A DNA stretch of 64,000 nucleotides from the NCBI GenBank assembly GCA_963833125.1, contig CAWHWX010000018.1, forward strand, positions 128,499 to 192,498, written 5' to 3'. Below, piece by piece: positions 57,269 through 64,000 of the stretch; the stretch's first letter is position 1; each line of letters opens with the position of its first letter. The notes under the pieces were generated by a model. That model was not told the origin of the DNA, searched no databases, and saw nothing but the letters and a program-made list of their open reading frames with translations. The position numbers and the translations under genes were made by a program. The stretch is from Candidatus Bathyarchaeota archaeon (GTDB taxonomy: Archaea > Thermoproteota > Bathyarchaeia > 40CM-2-53-6).

Positions 57269-58192
57269 TCAACCCCCCTTTAACGTATACGTCAATAAGT
57301 CAACCATTTCCTCATCCTTGGGATCGAAGAGATCGAAATAGAATTTGTCCACTCCAGCTTTCCTGAGTTCATTCAACTGAGAGACAAACTCGTCCACATC
57401 CCCGCACAGCACGTTACGTTTCATCAATCCATCAATGCTCGCAGGCAGATTCCATGTTTTTAGGAAGCTTAATTTCGTTTTCAGCTTCCTTTGAAGCTGC
57501 GCCATTGTTTTAGCTAGGAAGAACGGTCCGGCCCGTGAGGTTTCAATTCTCCTCCCACTCTCGCTCAGCTCCCGTTTGAGTTGCTTGAAGTCAGCGGGAG
57601 CACCATTAAACAGGTTCAGTTCATCCGCATACTTCATCGCTGCCCGACGCACAAATGAACTCCCACCGCCCAAGATCAGGCGGACCCTCTTTCGCTGGTA
57701 TGGGTAACAGGTTGTGTTGGCTCCGTAATGTTTACCTCGGAAATTACCTCGTCTTCCTTCGAGAAGTGGTTTGGTGATTTTGAGGGCTTCGATCAGTTGC
57801 TCGTGGCGAACATGAAGTTTCGGAAACTCGTAACCCTTAGCCAGGTATTCCTTCTTGTACCAACCCGCGCCGACACCTAACAGCAGTCTCCCTTTACTGT
57901 AGGAGTGCAGATTGCAAGCCATCTGTGCGAGTAATGCGGGGTTCCTGAACCCAATCGGTGTAACCATCGGACCGAACTTGATCCGTTTCGTAGTCGCGGC
58001 CAAAGCGCCTAGGCTAACCCAACATTCCGCTGAATCCCTATCCACGTTTCCGTTGGTTGGTAGGAGATGGTCGGAGCGGAAAATGTATCCGTATCCGTGA
58101 CGTTCAGCATATGCCCCCCAGTCGATGATCTCCTGAACACTCATCCCCTGCTGCGGTTCAAGCATTAAACCGCAATCCCCGATCGCTACCAA
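57269..58192 (-). CDS. LLM-class flavin/F420-dependent oxidoreductase
   Basis: EPQQG, FRSDH, VTP..FRNP..LA, GRL.LG.GAGW. Confidence 0.9.
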   Translation of the reverse strand: MVAIGDCGLMLEPQQGMSVQEIIDWGAYAERHGYGYIFRSDHLLPTNGNVDRDSAECWVSLGALAATTKRIKFGPMVTPIGFRNPALLAQMACNLHSYSKGRLLLGVGAGWYKKEYLAKGYEFPKLHVRHEQLIEALKITKPLLEGRRGNFRGKHYGANTTCYPYQRKRVRLILGGGSSFVRRAAMKYADELNLFNGAPADFKQLKRELSESGRRIETSRAGPFFLAKTMAQLQRKLKTKLSFLKTWNLPASIDGLMKRNVLCGDVDEFVSQLNELRKAGVDKFYFDLFDPKDEEMVDLLTYTLKGG

Positions 58193-58665
58193 CCTACTTC
58201 ACCCGATCCTTCGTGCCGCATCTTTTCGATAATTAGATGAGCCGATTCTAAACTCCGAGTTGGCATGAAATATGTCTCTTCTTTATTCACCTTAACAAAG
58301 CTCTTGCTTATGCCCAAGACTTGTCTGACTATGAGATCAGAAGTTGGAGGGTTGGCTAAGAAACGTAAGGTTAAGATGAAGTTAGGTACTGAGCACGACA
58401 AAAACATTAGACAAGAGGAAATGGTAGCATAGGCAAGAGGAATTTGTAGCTTAAGGCTACGACTTGGGGCAGATGTTTTCACCCTGTTCTTGCTTTTTCT
58501 TCTTTATGATTGGGGGTTTGCTGGGCCGCAGGCCAAATATTTTCAATGGAAAAGTCAGTCTCATCCTAGTAAGCGAAACATTGTTGTTCCAAACTCGAAT
58601 CTAATGGCGAACGGAAATAAGCCCTATTAGGTTCAGGAATCAAGCTCTGCGTTAGAGTTGGTTCC

Positions 58666-59472
58666 ATGAAACGTGTGATGGCTGGGTTTGGCTTACTGGC
58701 AGTTACGCTCATGTGCTTATTGTTGTTGGAGCCGTTGCCTGTTCACGCAAGCACCTCAATAGCTGGGACGTCGATAGTTTTAGACTCAACAGCCAGCGCA
58801 TCCTGTATCTCGAGCTGTGCTACGTTGACTTGGTCGCATACGGTCGGTTCCGGCCCGAACTCGATTCTGATAGTCGGACTCTCTAGTGGAGGTGGTTTCT
58901 CAGCGGCGTCAGTTACGTATGGAGCCCAATCCCTAACTCTCATCAAGATGCAAACGAGTGGTGCTCCCGAAGCTGAGATGTATTATCTGTTGTCTCCCGC
59001 AGTAGGGACGGCAACAATCACCGCTACGGGGCCGTTCTCTGAAGGAATAGTTGGCGGTTCCGCATCCTACTTTAATGTAGCAAGCGTGGGTTCTTCCAAC
59101 TCTGATTTTAGCTCAACTAATTCGGCCAGCGTGAGCGTGAACACGAATCCCGGTGATTTGGTAGTCGACACATTCGCCGGAGGTTCGAGTACCGCTTGGT
59201 CAGCGGGAACCGGTCAGAATCAACGTTGGAATCAGCTTCAGAGTTCAATCGTTTTGGTGGGGGCTGGAAGCGACAAAGCCGCTACCTCCTCATCGGTTAC
59301 TATGACTTGGTCGACTGCTGGGACAGGAGACACTCCCTGGGCTTTGGTCGCAGTTGACCTTCTACCCGCAGCGATAATTCCGGAGTATCCGCTTGGACTA
59401 CCAATCCTAGCAATCCTCATGCTCATCGGATACGGTTTAGTTCGACGTCGAACCCGAAATAATTTGCGTTAA
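58666..59472 (+). CDS. Cell-surface protein with PEF-CTERM-like (IPEYP) sorting signal
   Basis: Signal peptide; Ser/Thr-rich beta domain; IPEYP + TM + RRR. Confidence 0.82.
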   Translation: MKRVMAGFGLLAVTLMCLLLLEPLPVHASTSIAGTSIVLDSTASASCISSCATLTWSHTVGSGPNSILIVGLSSGGGFSAASVTYGAQSLTLIKMQTSGAPEAEMYYLLSPAVGTATITATGPFSEGIVGGSASYFNVASVGSSNSDFSSTNSASVSVNTNPGDLVVDTFAGGSSTAWSAGTGQNQRWNQLQSSIVLVGAGSDKAATSSSVTMTWSTAGTGDTPWALVAVDLLPAAIIPEYPLGLPILAILMLIGYGLVRRRTRNNLR

Positions 59473-59561
59473 GGTCGTTGGGCCGAAGCGTGAGCGCAGC
59501 CCCAATAATTTCTATTGTAACTATTCTATCAGCGGATGCTATACACAACATGACAGAATTA

Positions 59562-59978
59562 CTATCTTATCCCAAGTAACTTTGCGATAGACTGTCCAAA
59601 AACAATCGCCAAAATGATGCTAATGATCACCCAGAATAGTCCAGACGTTATGTTTACTGTGTACCTCTTCAGTCTATTCGGCCACCGGTTGTCCTGGGCT
59701 TTCTTTTGCCGGTCATATTCTTCAAGTGCTTGCGTGACAATGGGTTTCATCATCTTCTCATATTCGGCGCCACTCCTTACCGAGACATCTTCTGTGAATT
59801 GATTCCAGTTCGACGGCTTAACTGGACCGAGAATATTCGAGCCTGAAGCTTCTACAATATTCCTTACGTCCTGTTGAAACCTATCGGCTGGGACGTAGGC
59901 TTGGAAGATATTGTCCCATTTGAGTTTCTTGCCGCCTATCTGAATTGTGTCCTTGTCCGTAGCTTCAGACTTACTCAA
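59562..59978 (-). CDS. Hypothetical protein with C-terminal TM helix
   Basis: 138-aa ORF, no recognised motif. Confidence 0.55.
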   Translation of the reverse strand: MSKSEATDKDTIQIGGKKLKWDNIFQAYVPADRFQQDVRNIVEASGSNILGPVKPSNWNQFTEDVSVRSGAEYEKMMKPIVTQALEEYDRQKKAQDNRWPNRLKRYTVNITSGLFWVIISIILAIVFGQSIAKLLGIR

Positions 59979-60688
59979 GAGTTACGCCCGTCTAGTCTTT
60001 ACTACAGCCTGACAAGTTTAGGTTTCTCTTTGATATTCTTAGACAAGAGTTTCAATTTAGAAGTTCTATGCGCTAACCAAGGAATTTTGCGAGACGGCTA
60101 CCATCTACAAAGCTCAGGTAGTGGACGGTTTCGGTAAGAGGGAGAAGCAATGACAGAAGATAGGAAAAAAGCCTCGGGTTCGGGTTTTGGAGCCTCGGTC
60201 TAGCTTTACACCGTCGTTTAGAACTGTCGACCAAGCAGGTTTTCAGCCGACTTTGAGCAAGAATTGAGCTGAATGACCGCTAGAAAGTAACTGAAAATCT
60301 GCCATTTCTGAGACATGCGAAGAAGTGGAATGAAACTCGAATCTGAATCGAAATTAGAAACTCGTAATGGTGAACACAAGTTGCCATTGTATCTGGTTCA
60401 TCGATGTCATCGAATCAAACGCAGCCACTAATCACTCGACACTCAAAGTGAAACCGCCATCCGCGCTCCGCGTTGTGTGTGGGCAACTGAATTTGAACCA
60501 TCGTTTGTCTGTTTTTGGGGGATGGGTGGGTCTAATGGTGCGCATACACCTGAAAAGTCGGTAGCCTAAGATTCTCTGCGATTGGATCTTCTGCGTTGTA
60601 AGCCGCAAGTCGCTCCTGCGGATTCCAATTTTCAAAGCATCATATTAGTAATGATGAAAAATGATGAAAAAAATAAAAATGAGAGAAA

Positions 60689-60738
60689 AAATATTTTTAA
60701 ATATTTTTAAATATTTTTTAATATTTTTAATATTTTTC
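60689..60738. repeat. AT-rich tandem repeat, ~5 x (A)ATATTTTTA
   Basis: atatttttaa atatttttaa atatttttta atatttttaa tattttt. Confidence 0.8.
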
Positions 60739-60989
60739 TTTAATTTCGAAACTGAATGCTCAGATACCTATTCATTATTTAAATGCAGTTTTTCTTTCCC
60801 GAACGGAAACCAAAGTTCTCTTCGCAATGCCCCCGCAAGTGTAGAGAATCAATCTCGAAGAAAATATGTCTGAAAATCTTGAGAAACGAACCAAAGAAGA
60901 AGAATCCGCTTTCCAACATCAAGAGGAAGTTTCTCCGATTTCTGAATCGTCTAGGAAGTCCCCATTAAAGTTAAAGTTAGGATGAAAAA

Positions 60990-63900
60990 ATGAGAGGAAT
61001 TAGGAAATCTAGGAGGGGGGGGCTCTTCTTTGCATGACTTTCATTCTGATAACTGTTCTGTTGACTCCCACTAGTTCCTTTGGAACCATCACACACCAGT
61101 CATACCAAGCGTTCTGCCACCAGTAGCGTACTATGCTGGTAACCTTCCAACAGGGTTTCTGCGATCCTCATCTCCAATCAACGTCTTGAATTCACACTAC
61201 AGCGTCAGTCAGACTCCAATCAGTGGAGGAGTACGTCTGATCATGTCCACTGATGGGAGTGTGGGTGAAATTAGCAGCGGTTTCTATATCATTTACGGTA
61301 ATCTTGGTTCTTTGAATAATCTAGCAGTAGGCGTGAGGAACTATCAACATACAGGATCAGCAAGTCTTGTAGTAAACATTTACCTCGACAGCGACAACGA
61401 CGGTGAATTCTTCCACTGGACACCTAGCGGATATTTTGATAGCCTCGCTGGAGACGTCTACGGTCTCGGTCCAACCACAAACCCAGCTAACACTTTTCAT
61501 TTACTTCAACGACACTACAAGTTTTTACATTATCTGCTCTTCATGCGGTCAGGGCGGCAACACTCTCACTCTAAAACAATTGAAACAGAATGTCGCTAAC
61601 GGTGTCAATAGTGGGACTTTAACGGCACTGTGGTTTGGGCTTGATTCTTCAGGTCGTGGCACAGCTACAGCAGATATCTACCTGAATCTGAATGTGAATC
61701 TGAATTCCGTCTACATGTTATCGAGTACAGAGGGTTGGGCGGTTGGTGCCTCCAGACCGAGCACTGACCCGTTGAAGGGTTTGCCAACAATACTGCATTA
61801 CGATGGTTCATCGTGGAATTATGTGTCTGCTCCTAACTTTCCCGATTTTCCATCTTCACCTTCCAGCTACAATCTGACCTCGATTAGTTTCGGGCCGCCC
61901 GGTAGTCCGATAAGTAGGGTTGATGGTTGGACGGTTGGTTTCAACAGCACATTCAGCGCCGTTGCGTTGCATTGGGACGGAGTCTCGTGGAGGGTTCAAA
62001 CCGGAGGGCTGCAGGGCCCAAACGCGGGAGCGCTCTGGTCCACTTTCATGGTCGGTTCCACGGATGTTTGGGCGGTCGGTCAGAACTATGGGTGGGGCTG
62101 CTGGTGTGTTTTGGCATTGGACAGGGGTTGCCGGGTTGGGTGGAGGATGGAACATGCCCCAAGCTCCAGTATCCAGTGTTCTTTATTCTGTGTTTATGGT
62201 TAGTTCGATTGAGGGTTGGGCTGTAGGTTCTGGCGGATCCATCTTTCACTACACCGGCGGTTCTTGGTCCTCGTTCACCTCACCCGTCACAACGACTCTG
62301 CGGTCTATCTTCATGGTGAGTCCTACTGAGGGGTGGGCGGTGGGAGACGACGGGGTCATAATCCACTACTCCAACGGTGCATGGTCAGGTTCCGTTAGTC
62401 CACTCACAACACCACAGAACCTCCTCTCAGTATTCATGTCATCTTCAACGGATGGTTGGGCGGTTGGAAATGCTGGCAGCATCCTCCACTACGACGGAGA
62501 CGCTTGGACCGCGATGTCATCAAACTTGGTTCCAACCTCTCCGGTTCAATTAATCAACTTCAATTCTCTCTACTCTCTGAACCCCAACGATATCTGGTCC
62601 GTAGGAGCGGCCGGAGTGATTCTGCATTATGATGGGGTGAATTGGGGGACTGTGAGCAGTCCAACCCTTAATGACTTCACCTCAATCAGCTTCGGTCCTC
62701 CCTTGGGAGGGGGAATCAATTCTAACGATGGATGGGCAGTTGGAAACGCATCATCATCCGGAGAGCCAACCATCTACCATTGGAACGGGTTCTCGTGGAC
62801 GAAAGGCGTGGTGATCGGGGCAACGAACAACCTGAACTCGGTCTTCATGATCAACAGCGGAGACGTTTGGACCGTTGGCGGTGGACCACGCCCAACTGCA
62901 TCCTGTTCCGTATCTCCCTGTCCCGTAATATTGCACTTTACTGGAGGTTCTTGGAATACGGTAACTCCTCCGCCTGGTTCTTACCTTCTGAACTCGGTGT
63001 TCATGGTGAGTTCTGGTGAGGGCTGGGCGGTTGGCGAGCAGGCGGGAGCGCCTCCCATGGGAATAGTTCTACATTTCACGGTGTCTGGAGATGTTGGAAG
63101 TTGGGGGACAACCCCTACGCCCAATTCTCCGAATCCAGTGCGTCCGTTGAACTCAGTCTTCATGCTGAACCAGGATGAGGGTTGGGCGGTTGGGGATAAC
63201 GCGACCATCATCCATTACACGGTCAGCGGCGGTATCGGTTCCTGGAGCGAGGTAGCGGTGAGCGATCCCGGGCTTTCGTCAGATGCGAATTTAACAGGGG
63301 TTTTCATGCTGAGTCCAACAGATGGTTGGGCCGTGGGAGGTATCCAGGCTTCAGGCTCGTTCTCCGCGGGTCCAGTGATAATTCATTGGGATGGAACCCG
63401 GTGGACTCCGGTGTCGGTTCCTGCGATTCCGGGTGGAATTAGTTCCACTGGCCGTACCTCTGCCACGTTGCGCTCCGTCTTTTTCATTCAGCCGAATGAT
63501 GGATGGGCTGTCGGACTGCCAGGGCTGGTGTTTCCGACGATTCTTCATTGGGATGGCTTCGCGTGGAGCGAAGTTACGATTTCATCGCCTGGACAAATCT
63601 TGCCTTTCACGGGGCAAATTCCGCCAATCTTGAGTTCAGTTTACATAACGCCGTCGGACGGTTGGATCGTTGGGTCGGCTCCGGGCTTCACGATACCCGT
63701 TCAACCGTTGGTGCTTTCGACCGTGTTGCGACTGCCAGGTGCAGCGGGGGTGAGTGGAGTAACGTCAGCAACTGTCACTTCCAGTGTTACAGCCACTACA
63801 GGAGCGACGGCTACGGCTGTCTCCATCTACACGATTTCCACCATCTCCACAACCCCTGCTATCAGTTTGACGACGTCGAGTATCACAGCGTCGAGTGAAC

Positions 63901-64000
63901 CTGTGATTCCGGGGTTCCCTGTTGAAGCGATCATACTGGGCATCGCCTTTGGCCTAGTTATGTCGACCGTTCTGAGAAAACGGCGCAGCTTGCTGGATCG
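60990..64000 (+). CDS. Large surface beta-propeller protein (YCF48/BNR-like SxxxGWAVG repeats) with PGF-CTERM signal; frameshifts in the 5' part; runs off the window end
   Basis: More than a dozen repeats of L.SVFM.S..EGWAVG...ILH(Y/W)DG..W; Thr-rich linker; IPGFP + TM + RKRR; long final frame absent from the ORF track. Confidence 0.88.

Overview
Archaeal chromosomal DNA, most consistent with a Bathyarchaeia/TACK-type genome (inference from ribosomal-protein gene order, acidic-extended L31e, Walker-A-less KaiC-like protein, intron-containing tRNA and PGF/PEF-CTERM proteins). Frameshifts are frequent, even in essential genes (rpl11, rpl31e, alaS, leuS, pfdA), so this looks like an unpolished long-read consensus, and single-base oddities need caution. 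4.7-27.6 kb is the conserved translation superoperon (nep1, rnp4, yhbY, rps19e, PDCD5, rpl39e, rpl31e, eif6, rplX, pfdA, ftsY, dtdA, secE, spt5, rpl11, rpl1, rplP0, rpl12, alaS, leuS). The rplX-rpl11 block is inverted, and a ~6.5 kb catabolic insert lies before rpl1. A two-intron tRNA-Arg(TCT) at 28.6 kb is followed by a metabolic/accessory mosaic and, at the end, archaeosortase-anchored surface proteins. Most notable items: (1) a 186-bp MITE in two copies 48 kb apart, each with its own target-site duplication; (2) a three-gene operon with a Zn-finger/heme-oxygenase-like dimetal oxidase fusion and a TA0938-like protein; (3) C at normally invariant U positions in the tRNA and in the rpl39e start codon; (4) several uncalled zinc-finger microproteins.
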